64,000 nucleotides of DNA from Alloascoidea hylecoeti (lineage: Eukaryota): NCBI GenBank assembly GCA_001600815.1, contig BCKZ01000003.1, forward strand, positions 438,581-502,580, written 5' to 3'. Below are positions 37,745 through 51,949 of the stretch, one piece after another. Each line of letters starts with the position of its first letter. Positions within the stretch are counted from its first letter, which is position 1. Both the position numbers and the translations under genes were made by a program. Under the pieces are notes generated by a model, which did not search any database, was not told the DNA's origin, and worked only from the letters and a program-made list of their open reading frames with translations.

Positions 37745-40700
37745 ATGTCAAGTTCACTTAAAGAGCTTTCTAAAGAATTGGTCTCTTGGCTCACCAAAAT
37801 AAACTGGAATGCTGAATCGGATGGAGACAATCCATTGCAAGCAACTTCCATTTCCCCTGTATCATTTCTTTCTTTCCCAGAATCAATCAAAATATCCCTT
37901 GAAAATTATTTTCAAAAACATGATATCGATGATCCTTCAGATAATGAGTGTTCAAAATTAAATGATGAGTTGATTTTTATTCAAAAGAAACTAATGGAAT
38001 CAGAAACTGCACTGATTGCACATATTGGATTAGTTTTATCCCCAACCGATAGTAATACAACTTTTTTTTATAATTTTGAATATCCATTACTTGAAATTTT
38101 AATGGTTTTGTATCCTTTTTACGTTTCTTCGAAGGGTATAAAATATTGGACTGACCGCTATAAAAGATTAGCTTTGGATTCTGCTGGAATCAGTAATACC
38201 CTCGTTTCTGCATCTCGTAAATTTCTCAATACCATTTTAACTGACTTACAGCCTTACAAAAACGAAGAAATTCAATTGTATATAAACCAAATGAAACAAG
38301 ATATTATATCTGATTTAATATTAATTTCAATTAAAGATCGAAGCTTATTAGGTGAATGGGAAGATCACTTAGTGTACGAAGAAAGAACGAGATTTATTCT
38401 TCAAAATACAAGATCAGTTTTAGAAGAAGTTATACAAAGAGATGCTAAATTGTTTTTTAAAGTAATTAATGAAAGTTTCGTTAGATCAGAATCAAGATTA
38501 CAATCATTAAATTTATTATCGTCAATGATATCTAAACAATCACATTATTTATTTGGAATTTTAGAAACACCATTATTTGAAAACTTACTTGATTGCTTGT
38601 TAAAAGATACATCATCGTCCGCCATTTCAATAGCATGTTCTATACTTATTATGCTATTACCCTATGTTTGTGATAAATTGACCATAGATATACACTTGCC
38701 GAAGTTATTAATGATATTTACAAGATTGCTATGTTGGAACAAAACATTTCCTGTAAAGAAACTTGAACCTCCTCGGGGTATTAATATTGATATGACCAAG
38801 AATGATTCAAATGAGGATGTTGATACTACAAAACTTGGTTCCGTATCTCTCAGCCTTAAAAATTCAGTTATAATTGATCAAGGATGGAAAAACTATTCAT
38901 CAGAATTTGATTTTTTAGCTAGTGAACCGACTGAACACACAAGGCTATTTACATTTTTATATGGTTTGTTTCCCCTTACCATTGTTGAATATGTTAGGAA
39001 TCCAACTCTAATATTATTAATGTTTAATCCAATTTCAAATCAAGCAAATGATTTATCTTTTACTACTGAAATAAAACAAAAATCAAGCAAGATTTTACAA
39101 CGACATCTCCTGACAGTGGATTTATTAGGGAAGAATGCCAAGGAAGAACAAGAAGATACTTTAAGGTGGAAATCATATGATTCCCCACAGGCCATTGGTG
39201 CTATGTGTCTTCGGCTGGATGAGATAACCTCCACATATAACCCCGTTCGTAAGGTCGGAAGTCAGGATTATTATAATGATAATAGTTCGAGGAAAATAAG
39301 TGAAGCAGCCATCGATAATGAAACTGCCTATTCTACTCCAACGACCTATAATCATAATGATAGTGATGTTCTTGAAAACGAACATCTGAACGATAAAGAA
39401 ATACCCCACAATCGAGCACGGGAAAATGTAAAAATGACAGCTTCAACTGGTTATAGTAGAAATATTTCAAATTCCAGAACTCGATCATCACGAAGAAAAT
39501 CTTCTGTTACAATTGCAAGTGGGGGGTTTACTCCTAAATTTACTTTTCTTACAGATGATTATCCCATGCAGGACCCTGAGACATCAGTATTACTTGATCA
39601 ATTCCATGAGAATAGAAGATGCACATCGTCATCACCCGCGCCCGTAACAAAGACAAGAAAGAGATCTTCTACTGTAACTAGTGTAGCTTCCTCAACGTCA
39701 ACATCTGTTACCAACTCGAATGATGGAATGTCAAATATCTTATTCTCACATCGATACTTGATTACGAATTCATCAAGATCAACCTCCAACACAAAACGAA
39801 CAAGTCTCCCCAAGCTACAGACATTAAGATTGAATCCTCCTGATCATGATGAATTAAATAGTAATAATATTGATATTAGATCAGCTGGATCAAATTACGA
39901 AGAAAGTTGTATTGTATCACCAGTGAACATTCAAAATCAAGATACTCCAGCTACATTCGCAACAATAAATACAATACCTGAAGTTAAAACATCATCTTTA
40001 AATACATATAATGATAAGAGCACCTTTATATCGGACGCTACATCACCATCCTATGATCCCTATTACCTAAACCTGAAAGTCCACCAACATGAGCTATATC
40101 TTGTAAAATCTGAATTGAATTTTATGAAATACATTCAACTATTACATAAGGTTAATTATAAAGCTTATAAATCGGTTGTCAAAAATAAAGAGGTAGCAAG
40201 TAGTTCAATTAAAAATCTACAAATTACAAATGATAGATTACAAGAAAGAATTGAAACACTCGAAAGTTTAATTGATGATATTAAAATTGCATTAGATGCT
40301 CAAAAGAAATACCGATCAACTAATGAAAATAAATTATATTTAGAGAATACAGAAATAAAACGTGACATTGAAAATATGAAGAATTTACTATTAGCTACAG
40401 AAGATAATAAAAAAACAACAGATGAAAATTTAAAAAATTGTTTTGAAGATTTGAAAAATACTATATCGAAGAAAGAAAACTTGAAGATGCGAATTATACT
40501 AAAAAATAATGAATATCAAAATTTGACAATAAATAAATCAATACCAATTGATACAGATACCAGAGTCATTGGGGAAAATGCTAATCCTATGAATCATAAT
40601 TCCGAAAACCAAGAGAAATTGGAGACCTCAATTGAAATGGAATTAAATATATCTGAAATTAAGAATGAGATCATAAATACTACAGAAAAACGATCACAGT

Positions 40701-40939
40701 TGATTGAAGATTTAAAACAACAAAATACAAATCTTAATCTTAGGTTACAGATAGCTAAGGATAATTTACAAGAGCCACAAATATTAAATCGCGATTCTTT
40801 AAAAGAATATATTGATTCAATGGAAAAAAAAATTCTGGAATTAGATGATCATATTACTTTTTTGGAATCTTCAATTAAAAAGAAAGACCAACAAATAAAA
40901 GCAAATAAATTAATAATAAATAAAGAAACGCATAAATAG
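37745..40939 (+). CDS. TSC1: Hamartin (TSC complex subunit 1)
   Basis: LFENLLDCLLKDTS..ILIMLLP..IFTRLLCW and LFTFLYGLFP motifs, a Ser-rich middle and a C-terminal coiled coil. ATG at 37745. Confidence 0.85.
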   Translation: MSSSLKELSKELVSWLTKINWNAESDGDNPLQATSISPVSFLSFPESIKISLENYFQKHDIDDPSDNECSKLNDELIFIQKKLMESETALIAHIGLVLSPTDSNTTFFYNFEYPLLEILMVLYPFYVSSKGIKYWTDRYKRLALDSAGISNTLVSASRKFLNTILTDLQPYKNEEIQLYINQMKQDIISDLILISIKDRSLLGEWEDHLVYEERTRFILQNTRSVLEEVIQRDAKLFFKVINESFVRSESRLQSLNLLSSMISKQSHYLFGILETPLFENLLDCLLKDTSSSAISIACSILIMLLPYVCDKLTIDIHLPKLLMIFTRLLCWNKTFPVKKLEPPRGINIDMTKNDSNEDVDTTKLGSVSLSLKNSVIIDQGWKNYSSEFDFLASEPTEHTRLFTFLYGLFPLTIVEYVRNPTLILLMFNPISNQANDLSFTTEIKQKSSKILQRHLLTVDLLGKNAKEEQEDTLRWKSYDSPQAIGAMCLRLDEITSTYNPVRKVGSQDYYNDNSSRKISEAAIDNETAYSTPTTYNHNDSDVLENEHLNDKEIPHNRARENVKMTASTGYSRNISNSRTRSSRRKSSVTIASGGFTPKFTFLTDDYPMQDPETSVLLDQFHENRRCTSSSPAPVTKTRKRSSTVTSVASSTSTSVTNSNDGMSNILFSHRYLITNSSRSTSNTKRTSLPKLQTLRLNPPDHDELNSNNIDIRSAGSNYEESCIVSPVNIQNQDTPATFATINTIPEVKTSSLNTYNDKSTFISDATSPSYDPYYLNLKVHQHELYLVKSELNFMKYIQLLHKVNYKAYKSVVKNKEVASSSIKNLQITNDRLQERIETLESLIDDIKIALDAQKKYRSTNENKLYLENTEIKRDIENMKNLLLATEDNKKTTDENLKNCFEDLKNTISKKENLKMRIILKNNEYQNLTINKSIPIDTDTRVIGENANPMNHNSENQEKLETSIEMELNISEIKNEIINTTEKRSQLIEDLKQQNTNLNLRLQIAKDNLQEPQILNRDSLKEYIDSMEKKILELDDHITFLESSIKKKDQQIKANKLIINKETHK

Positions 40940-41263
40940 CTTATATAGACTATAACTTATATTTAATTTAGTGTATCATTAATTACTTTTACATTTAGGG
41001 GGTAATTGCGAAAAATCTTTGTATCTTAATCAACACAATCCGCCTAAATTCACCCTACGTTTTTTTACATTATTACTAATCAAACTTAGTGTTTAAGTTA
41101 AGTCCAATTCATCAGCTCCCATTCTATCTTTCTAAATTCCAAGATAAATACTATCATCATTAATATCAGTTGGAGAGTTAAATTACTGGTTAACATATAT
41201 AAGTTATAATACATCTTCATGATAGAAATATATATATGCATTAATATATTATCATAAATAAAT

Positions 41264-44200
41264 CTAAAACAATGACATTTGCTGAAATATTCTTGCTGTT
41301 GTATCATTTTGAATCTTTTTCTGTATAGCGGTTGGATTATTTAATGACTCTAAACTATGTGATAAATTTATGTCCAAAATATCATTTTTATGTGTACTAT
41401 AATAATTTATCTCCCAATTCTTTTTCGCTTCCAAGAATAAAATCTTTAGCGCTTCAGTATCATTACAAAGGTCTCGAAAGTTATATATTATTTCTTGAAA
41501 TGTAAGTTCAGTTTTTTCTATTGAATACGGCGACGCACTAGTGCCTAATCTTGATAGATGTGAATTATTAGGGCCAACAATAAATACCCCATCCTTTGTT
41601 AGTTCAGCAATAGCAGTCCCAGATCTATGAATATATTGAAAATATTGATAATCCGGGATACCCCAAGTATAAACCAAACGAACAGGACTTGAGAATATTG
41701 TTTCTGCCGGTGTTGACTCGACAACAAACCCAGATTTGGCCAGTATATATTTATGATAAAAAAATGGATCTTTATTTATTGGGTCCTTAGAAAGACTTTT
41801 CAATGATGATATCGAACTGGATAAATCATCTTCAACCAATAGATCAAAAGTACTTGGATCTATTGTTAATTTTGTAGTGATCTGTGAGTGAAATGGATTC
41901 CTTATCATCAATTGACTTAGTTCGTTCCAAGGGACCTTAATTAACTTTAAACCATAACGATCACATACCCTCGACCAATTGGTTATTGTATTCTCAATAA
42001 ATTTAGAAGTTGTGTTTACCCATTCTAGCCTTATGTGATATCCATGCTCGGGGTTATGGACACGATCATAGTGTACTTCAACAACTTCTGGTCTTCTAGA
42101 AAACTTCTGTGGATCAACATCAAGTAGAATCATACCGCTGATTTCAGCAATTGGTTTTACCTCCGGAGAAATTTCTGTTGGAGTTAGTACCCGTTTTTTG
42201 GAATGCATTGCGCTTGAAGCTCGAAGTGTATCTGTAGCGCTATTTGTTAATTTTGTAAGAGTTGACAGTGTCGATAATGTTGTAGTAGACTCGTTTCTCA
42301 TTATGCTCAAGTCACTGGTAGATGTAAATGAGCTTAATGAAGGCTTTTCATCACTAGGTATGGGAGTAGATGGTAATCCTGAATTCGAACCATGGGTATG
42401 TAAATCCTTCTTATTCGTGAACCAATTAGATCTTAATATGGTGACATATTCTGTATTCAACTGATAAAAATAATGTCCATCCAGAAAAGCATGTCTATTT
42501 TCAACATGACGAAACAACCCTTCTTTCATTAATTCATTCCCAAATATTACAGCGTCTTCCCTTTTATCAATATCAGTGAAGTACTCAATTAACCAAGTAA
42601 CCAACTCCATCCCTAGGAAGCAATGCCGATGAACTTTCCAGTGCCATCTTCTATCAACAAACTTTATTCCTTTAGAACATTGAAGTTCATGTGCCAATTG
42701 GGTCAGTTTAATATTTCTATTGAAACGCTCTCCACTTCTGACAAATAAGGATTCCTTCCTTTTAGAGCCATACCTTTCATTTTCATCCACATGTTGAGTA
42801 ACAAAAGTTGTCAAATCACCAGTATAAAAATTTATAGTTGGAACAAGTTCGTTATTTGGATCAATATTTCTTCTTTTGCCTTCCTTAGTAAGATGTCTGT
42901 TTTTATAAATCAAAGAAATTAGATAACGTATTCCTTCTAAATTTGTTTCCTCTATATTTAGCTTTTCATGTTTTTCTTCGGGTATCACACCCCATTTTGT
43001 TTGCTTTGGTAATGTTCCAGTTGGCAAAATAATAAACCTAGCTCTATTCTCTTGACTCTTGTCAACCATTGCATCATCATAACCACCAAGAACTTGATCC
43101 ATTTGGTTCCAGTTGAATTCATCCTCATTCTTTTTATAAACATCATATTTAGTTTGCCTATATGTTTCATCAAATCTAGTTTTCATGTATGGAAAATATG
43201 ATGCTTCTTTAGAATTATTATTTGAAACTTCAAACTGATCTTTCTTTGAATTTTTATAGACTTGAACATTAACATTTCCATAATAATCACATGATATACG
43301 ATGAATTTGTTCACCTTTGAGCATGTATAATCGACAACCATGATATTCTTCAGGTATGAAAGTTACCAAAGCTTTAGGATTACCATCTGGTTTTCTTCTA
43401 CCTTCAACCTTCCTAACATTTAAATCTACACAAATCTGAAATCCCATTACTAATCTCAGTTCAACTAACTCGCATAATAAATCTCTTGTTGTGATTTCTT
43501 CAGCTTTATCAGAATCTAATATAACATCATAAATTTGAAAAGTATAGTTTAATTCAAAATCTGCAACGGATGGGAATGTTAATGTTGTTATAGGCAGAGA
43601 TGCAGGAGTTGATAACGATTGCCATTTAATAGTTGTTCTTTTAATATTGGGTGGAAATGCATGCTTCCATCTCCCTTGATTATAAATTGCTAATAAATAT
43701 TCCATTACTGGTTGTGAAGGGTTTTCAATAAATGTAAGCATTGAACTAATAGTATCGGATTGCACTTGCAATGAATCCTTTGTTAAAGGAGATGAACCAG
43801 AACCAATGCTTCTTTTAACATCATTTGCGATTTGATGAGATGAAAATGAAGTTTTTCTATTAATTGGTTCGTGAAAAAATTTAGATGGAGATCTTTTTGT
43901 TTCCGAAATAACCATATTAACATTGTTTCTAAACTGTGATCCTAAATTGTTGGAAAGCTTTCCATCAAAGGGAGAAGAATTTATAATTCCCATAGACTTA
44001 CTATGAGCTAAACGGTTTGCTTTTGAAATTTTTATAGTGGTAGAATGATCTGAAGCATAGCTAGTGGTATTTTTCACCCGTGGTACAGGAACAGATTTAG
44101 TAGAAGCTCCCGAATCCACTGTTGAACCATCGTTATCCTTGTTAGTCTTCTGAAGATCCTTGTGGTTTGTTAGCGATGGGGTCTGCAAAGATAGGAGAGA

Positions 44201-46090
44201 CGAAAGCGCTGATATATTTGGTCTTGTGTTATTCACTTCGCCAAAGACTTGAGAAGTAGTAGTACTTGGATCAACCTTTGTAATCGACAATATACCCGGA
44301 CTGTATGGTTGAGGTCCATACTTTAAAATAGATGATTTATGATATGAACCAGATCCCCTGCTCTTTCCCTGGAACCTTATAGCTTCACTAGAAAAGAAAT
44401 TATGCCTAGTATATTTCCTATTCACTAATTCGGTGCCATACATTTCGTTTAAAGACCGCGCAGGTTTAAAGACATCAGCATCATAATCATCAACGGCATC
44501 TTCAATTGTTTTTGGTTCTTTACCATTTGAACTCATGAAAAAAATATTATCAATACTAATTTCACTCATTTCATTTTCCATTAAATCCATCATTTGAATT
44601 TCATAAATTTTACATCTTGGTATCCATTGATTATCCATTTTATCCACATTATTCCAAAAGGATATGTCAATCCAATTTGGTATACTATGAGAAATTGATT
44701 GTTTCGAATCTTTATATCTAAATAGTGGGACGACATGTAATGGTGGCCGAGATAAACAAACAATATCAAAAACACTTTCTAAAGACAACATTTTTTTAGA
44801 AGTATACCTTAATAAATTATAATCAACATCAAAAAGTCCAGTACCTGGGGAGATAATAATAAAATGATTATTTGTGTGTCGTAGATCTAATTCTCTAAAA
44901 ACGCCATTATTATCATTTGTGATAAGAGATGTTCCTAAATTTATAGCCTCTAATATATTTCCTTTAACTGAAGGTAGTATAGTCACATTTGAATCTGACT
45001 TCTCCTGATAGAACTCTAATAAAACATTTTTAACAAATATATTAAATTCATATCTTAATGCTGACATTATTTCGTCCCATCTGGTAATATGAACTTGGTC
45101 AACAACAACTCTGTAGTAATCCCTTGTTAATTTTGGTCTTTCGCCATGATCTAACAATGTTCCATTATCATTGTTCAGCTTAATACTCGTAAATAAAACA
45201 ATTGTAATTAAATGATGAACATCTAACTCTTTCCATCTTTTTAGAATTTCGGGAAATAATGAATTGATCATTTTATCAAACATAATTTCACCTGTTTCTT
45301 CAAAATGCCACATTTCTGATGACATTTGAATAAAAAATAAGATCCTTGAAGATTCTGATCTAAAAACAGTTTTTGTGTTTGCACCAACATACCCAGAAAA
45401 TTTTTTTTTACCATTCTTATAAATTTCATTCACCGAGCATCTTATTGTCTCCATAAAGATAATTCTTTGGGTTTTGTAAACACATTTTCCTTGGAGAGAC
45501 GATGTCAACTGCCACATATCTCCCCTAGACAGATAAATATCCTTAACATAAAGTTCAACAATATCTGCTTCTACATCTTCTTTTTTTCTCTATATTGGTT
45601 TTAATTAGATATGGTCAGTTATATTCGAATTTGAGGTTTAACATACAGGTTTAATTAAAACTGGAGTTCTAGGAGCAATGTCAAATAATGCTGGGAGATT
45701 GCCAGATAATAAAGAAATCTAAACCAAAGATTAGCAATTAATGAAGAAAACTAAATACAGCAATAATAAATGTCATAAACATACCTGAACATTATGTAAT
45801 TTCTTTTGAATTTCTGGAGATATTTTTTTAATTATAAATAATAACTTTCTTCTTTTTTCTTTAACCTGTTGATCTAAAGAAATTAACTCAGCAACATCCC
45901 CTTCCTTGGCGCCGGGGATTAAGTCCATATCGATAATAACATCCTCTTTTGATAGTCTCGTCTCATGAAACCATACTAATAATTGTCTAGACTCAAATCC
46001 TATCGTTGCTTTTCGAGATTCATTGTTTCCGTGTTCCATTTGAACGCGGCTTGCCCATGGAGGTGAAGTGGAGATTTGCAAATTCGGCAT
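41264..46090 (-). CDS. IML1: SEACIT/GATOR1 subunit Iml1 (DEPDC5); exons 46090-45785, 45718-45647, 45589-41264 (1567 aa)
   Basis: YLSRGDMW, FRSESSR..FIQMSSEMW, KGNILEAIN and a DEP domain (DRRWHWK..CFLGMELVTWL). Introns 45784-45719 and 45646-45590 are GTATGT...TAG and keep the frame. Confidence 0.93.
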
Positions 46091-46352
46091 TGTATTTTAT
46101 AGTCCTTGATTCTGTTGTTATCGATGGACATTATATAATGTACACTAGTTCCGTTGACAAAAAGAGAACTATAAATTCAATCAGGATTACGTAAGCACGA
46201 TAGATAACAATATTGGAGATAACTGGGTAACTTCCATTATAATACGTTGTGCATAGAAATAATATTAAAAATAATATTAAAAATAATAATCAATTACTAT
46301 TCATCAGCAATATTAAGATATAACAATTCATATATAATAAATAAAAATATAA

Positions 46353-48320
46353 CTAAACAATACCTGGTTGTTGTCGGGTAGTAGCCTCATTTTCAGTTGT
46401 TGGCTTACCATCCCAATGAATGAAATCAGCAACTCTGTGTGCATATAAAGGTGGTGGAAATTTAACATCTCGTCGAAATACACTCTTTTTAGTTTGCAGC
46501 CAAAAGTTCTTAACTTGATATTTCGCATGGGTTTGTGTTGGAACGGCAAATATGGTATCTAATTCTTCTAAAGTTAAGTTCTTTGTTTCTGGTAAAAATA
46601 ATAAGAACAATACCCATAGGATAAAATTCCAGGCAGCGTACCAACCGAAAGCACCTTGAGGTTTAAAAGCTTCTAATAATGATGGCCATGTAACGGATAA
46701 TATAAAATTGAAAAACCAACAGGTTGCTGTAGCCCATGCCATACCTAAATCTCTAATGTATAATGGAAACGCTTCAGCAGAATAGGTGAATGGGACGGGA
46801 CCTTCACCACAAGAATATACTGCAGAAAACATATAGATACCAAAACTTATAACACCAACCCTTGCATGCTGATGTTCATCTTTATCAATCCAAAATGCAA
46901 ATCCAGCAATTAATAGAAATATACCCATTAATGGAAAGGTAATTAATAGTAATGTCCTTCTACCAAGTTTATCGATAGTAAAAACAGCAGGTAATGCAAA
47001 TACAAAATTAACCATACCAAAACCCCAAGAAGCAAGCAGAGCAGATATTTCACTAAAACCTGATTCAATAAAAATACTTGATGAATAATAAGCAATAACA
47101 TTGATACCACAAAATTGTTGACCAAACATAACTAACCATGAAGCTAATGTTGCATTTCTATTTCTCATAACTGTGAACATTTCAACTAGTCTATTTCTAC
47201 CTTTCTTTAGAGTGTTTTCTTGTTCCAACAAAAGAGATGTATAAAAGCAGTCTCTTGCAGCTTGTAAAGGAGAATTTCTTAATCTCATCAAACTTTTGAA
47301 TGCATCTCTTTCTCTACTTTTCGAAATTAACCATCTTGGAGATTCAGGACAAAACAAAACCTGTGCACAAACAAATATTGCAGGTAATAAGGCAGAGCCA
47401 AGCATCAACCTCCAATTTAATCCCGTAATATTGTGTCTATCCTTAACATAATAAAATGCCAATGAAGATACATAACCAAACATAATACCAAACGCTGTCC
47501 ACATTTGCCACATCATGACCAAAGCACCTCGAATATTTGCGGGAGCACATTCAGCCGCATAAACAGGTATGGTAGCCGACTTTGGACCAATACCAAAGCC
47601 AAGGAAAAAACGAGCAACAAATAAGTGATACCAAGTTGTTGTGAAGCCTTGCCAAAAACATGTAGCAAATGAAATAATTGCAGTGATAAATATGGTACCT
47701 CTTCTTCCCAATATTTTATTCATAGGATCAGCTAACCAGCAACTTATACAACTAGCGCATAAATATGGTGCAGAATTAACCAAACCTTGTAGCCATTTAT
47801 CACGACTTGAGTTACTACCAATACCGAGATCGTGTGGATAAAATAAGTTTGCACCATTTATGACAGTTTCATCCATCCCCTGAATAGCAGCACCCATAGA
47901 ACACATAATAACCAACCAAAATAATTCTTTCGGTTGCTTCCATTTATTATGAATTTCATCTCTTAAATAAGTTTTATCCTCTTCATCTAAAAAGCTCATT
48001 GATTCAAAAGATTTTGGATCTCTTGCTATTGCACCACCTTTGCGAAAGGTTTCCACATATTCAATTAAATCATGATCGGTTGCGTATTTTTCAGCCATAT
48101 CCATAATCTCAGTTTCAGAAAATTGTTGTAAGATATTATCAATATCTTCTCCTGCGCCTGAAGCATCTTTACCTCCACCTAATTTTTTTTCAATAGCGCC
48201 AGCAATTGTCAAGTCTCGGTTTTCTTCAATAATATTATCATCCAAAGAACCGCTTGGCTTTTCTGATACATTTGTATTCGAAATAACGGAATTCGAAGCA
48301 ACAGAACCTATATCTGCCAT
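46353..48320 (-). CDS. MFS sugar porter (myo-inositol/polyol transporter-like), 655 aa
   Basis: GMDETVINGAN, PVYAAECAPANIRGALV, PESPRW, QQFCGINVIAYY, IDKLGRR and PETK; ATG at 48320. Confidence 0.9.
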   Translation of the reverse strand: MADIGSVASNSVISNTNVSEKPSGSLDDNIIEENRDLTIAGAIEKKLGGGKDASGAGEDIDNILQQFSETEIMDMAEKYATDHDLIEYVETFRKGGAIARDPKSFESMSFLDEEDKTYLRDEIHNKWKQPKELFWLVIMCSMGAAIQGMDETVINGANLFYPHDLGIGSNSSRDKWLQGLVNSAPYLCASCISCWLADPMNKILGRRGTIFITAIISFATCFWQGFTTTWYHLFVARFFLGFGIGPKSATIPVYAAECAPANIRGALVMMWQMWTAFGIMFGYVSSLAFYYVKDRHNITGLNWRLMLGSALLPAIFVCAQVLFCPESPRWLISKSRERDAFKSLMRLRNSPLQAARDCFYTSLLLEQENTLKKGRNRLVEMFTVMRNRNATLASWLVMFGQQFCGINVIAYYSSSIFIESGFSEISALLASWGFGMVNFVFALPAVFTIDKLGRRTLLLITFPLMGIFLLIAGFAFWIDKDEHQHARVGVISFGIYMFSAVYSCGEGPVPFTYSAEAFPLYIRDLGMAWATATCWFFNFILSVTWPSLLEAFKPQGAFGWYAAWNFILWVLFLLFLPETKNLTLEELDTIFAVPTQTHAKYQVKNFWLQTKKSVFRRDVKFPPPLYAHRVADFIHWDGKPTTENEATTRQQPGIV

Positions 48321-51300
48321 CTTAAGATTTAGAATTTTTCGCAAATATCTCAGATCTGTTATATTCTTACAGGGAAAGGTAAGAATCTGGGGAAATTAAC
48401 CCCCTTATATATAAAATCAATTAAATCAGTTTCAGTAAAGTTCAATAATTAAGTTAAAATCCATTATTTATTTATACATTTAGTTATGAATTTAGAGTTC
48501 CGGCGTAAGCTAGGGTGTATTACGTCACACAGTCACGGGTGATACTGATTACAATTAGTAGTAGAGATCTGCACACACTTTTACATTATTTTTTATTCCC
48601 AATCCTCTATTGATTCAAGCTGAAAATATAGAATAGTTTTTGAAGAAAAAGACCCTGGATGGTTAGAATGTGTATGCATAATTCGGATAATTACATGTTA
48701 TTCAGTTCTTCCTTTTCCTGTATTTGGAACCTGCATTTCAAAACGTCCCCAAATCTAGATTTTGCCATGTGGGGTAATCTATAAATGACCTATAAAATTT
48801 TTAATATATTACCACAACAAACCCCTTTAAAATTACGTAGCTTTTGGAATGTTAAATATGCTTCATAAAATATGATTGGCTGGGAAGAATTCCTCAGCTG
48901 TACACTGTTTTATATATATTTTATTGAAAAAAATGATTAATATAGTATGTGGAATACATCAATTGTATAAGATTATATAATCTTAATGTGTAACTCATAA
49001 TTTCAGATGGTATATAACCTTATGCTTATCAAAAAAATAATTCAGAGAATTTCATGATCGATTTTTAATTACATATTAATTAAAGTAAGAGTTTGTTTCA
49101 AATTTCATCCTTAAGTATCAAATCCAACAATAAACTTTCAAGCTAGAGAAAATTAATCAATTATAATATGGCTATATGATTTTTCATACTGCACATCAAG
49201 AAAAAATATCAGCTATCGGAACTTTAATATTGATATTAAGTTTTGTCGTATATGTTCATGCATAATAAGTTAGCAAACTGTTAGAGATATATATTCCATA
49301 AGGAGTACTAGTAGAACAGGAAATTGAACCAGAAGTTTTAAATTAAAAGAAATGAATTGAAAATATTTATAGAAACAAACCGGTTTTCAGAAATGCATTG
49401 TTAAGAAATAAATTTGCAGAGGCGCCAGCGGACACCAATATATTAATTTCTGTATTATTAAACGATCTTATCCACTGGTATTAAGCCTTCGAAATGAAAG
49501 GCATTGATACTTACTAATCAATATATAAAGGAGAAAAAGATCATCAATTATGTTAATACCTCTTTCATAAAGGAAAGCTGTATTGCTATTTATATCTAAT
49601 AAGAATGATAAATCCGTATATGCATATATGATCCATCATTTGCGTTTCATGTGGTAATTTATCCCCATAAGTACAATGTAAGCATTTAAGCTCACTATGG
49701 CTATTGGCTTACAATAGCTTTGGGAATTAAATAGCGATCATCCTCAAAAATTTATTTATTGAATTGTTTGAGGTATCATTAACGGTTTGTCTACCATATA
49801 AGTTTTTTTTAAGTCATCAATGTTTCACACAGAAGAAAAGAATAAACCTCTTGATAAGTTTTATTTGAAATCTCATCGAAACATTAATTATTTTTGACTA
49901 TTTGAAGTGTAACTCGGTTGACTACAGGGAAAAAATAAGATCTCGCTCATTTGGTAGGAGTAGGTCATTCCTATCCCGATACTGGGTTTTTAATGAAGCC
50001 AGGCATATACTGCGAGACGCGTTTAACTTCATTCCAAAACAGTTCAACTATAAACATCTGATATGGCTATTAGAGAGAGGTTTCAAGGAGGGATTAATTC
50101 AAAGGTGTACATGTGTACATGTAAATATATCAATTGCGAAGAAAGTATTATAACGGACAGCCCCACCTTTTATTCAAATTCCAATCTGCAAATCAAGCAA
50201 TTATAACCATAAGTAAAATCAATGGGAACCGCTGTGACTCACAATTGATCTAGTTAGTTACAATGAAAGGTGGTGTCAAGAATGTCAAGAATCGTCTTTA
50301 AGATGTAGGACGACCAGCTAGATAAATCGCTTTTTGACCGATTCATCGTATTCATGGCAAAGCGACAAAAACAAATTGTTGTCACAATCCATATGGAATG
50401 CAACTACTAGAATTTCTTCTAGTGATACTTAGATAGATTAGTGAACTTGTATATTTCCTTGAGAATTAATACTTTATATAATCAAGGTTTTATATCTATA
50501 AATTGTATATTTTTCCGTTTGGGCTGTAAGCCTATAACTTTTACCTTTCCCCATAACTCCTGATGATATGTTATAACTAGTACTATATGGTGGGGGCGGG
50601 GATATAATACTTATAGTTCATGCGGATGGAAGTCGTAAATTTTCATGCACATAATTACAGGCTAAATTAAGTCACATATAACATTCTAGAAATATATTAT
50701 AACGGTTCATCAACCTAACATTAATAAAAATTTAAAAAAATAATTTAAAAATTTTAAATGATCGAATTAGATAATAAAATTAAGCCCAGTGCCCCACGTA
50801 ATCATTAATTAATGTACTTACTTCTGTGGAGCTATAATCAGTTTGTTTTATAATTATTTATTTTATTTAATTTATTGTCAATTTATGTATCTAAGATTCT
50901 AAATCGTTAAATAAATATGCTCAATTCGAGTACGTGCCGGAGGAAGATTAACAATTGCTGTTCCACCGCGTACTGGTACCCGAGGAGTAGAGTGTTTCTA
51001 CTTAATTTTTCGGCTACTTGGGGATTAAATATCCAGCCGTATGTTTAACTAAATCATCGACCACATTGCGCTAGTTTCAGTACAACAGAATCCATAGAGC
51101 CAGCATAAACAATTCGTTTAGTCCCTTTAGCTGTAACAAAACATATGCAGGGGCTACCACCAAATGTAAATGGAAACAGAATAAAGCCACTCGAAAAAAA
51201 TGCCTGGTCGAATATGCAGTTCCAAAAGTTGCTTAATATTTAGTGTAAAATATGACCGAATATTCATTTCCCATGTGACCGAAATTAAGTAGAAAGACTG

Positions 51301-51858
51301 TTATGTGCTGGATAATTACAAGGTGGGGTACTAATTGGAAACCCACATGAGTGGGCGAAAATGTTGAAGCGGAACAATGGAAACAACGGAGTGAGATTGG
51401 AGAAAGTTACAGCTATGTGTATCTAACTACACGTCTACGGAATTGTACTCAGATGATCAGTTAACGTACCCGGATACACAATATTGTTATGTTGCAACCA
51501 CGCAGTACAAAATCAGCAATAACAGATATATTACTATAAATATTAAGTACTATATCACTAAAGTCTAATCTCATGGTTCTGGTAATATTTGTTTAATTTT
51601 CTCTTTTTTATGTTTTGTTGTGGTGTGAAATGTCTTTTACCACTAATCCAATCTCCCCACAACACATTTTTCTTTGTAGGTGAATTATATGTAATCACGG
51701 CTTTCCCCTCTCTTGGATGTCTTAATTATACCTCAAATAGTAGTAACGGAACTTTTTTTCATCCGTACAACCAAATAACATTTTCACTTATATATATAAC
51801 CTAATATTGATTCCGAATTGAAATTCCAGCTATATATTTATATATAGTATTTAATAAT

Positions 51859-51949
51859 TGTTAAAGTTCAAAGTGCCTGTTCTCCCAGTTGCGCCAAAAA
51901 GCCAATCGACTCTCTAGTGAACTGTTCCAAGAGTGTAATATATCCAACA
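51859..51949 (-). repeat. Intact LTR (91 bp)
   Basis: 51878-51949 is identical to 54531-54602 (72 of 72 bp); 51859-51868 (tgttaaagtt) recurs at 52142-52151. Confidence 0.9.
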
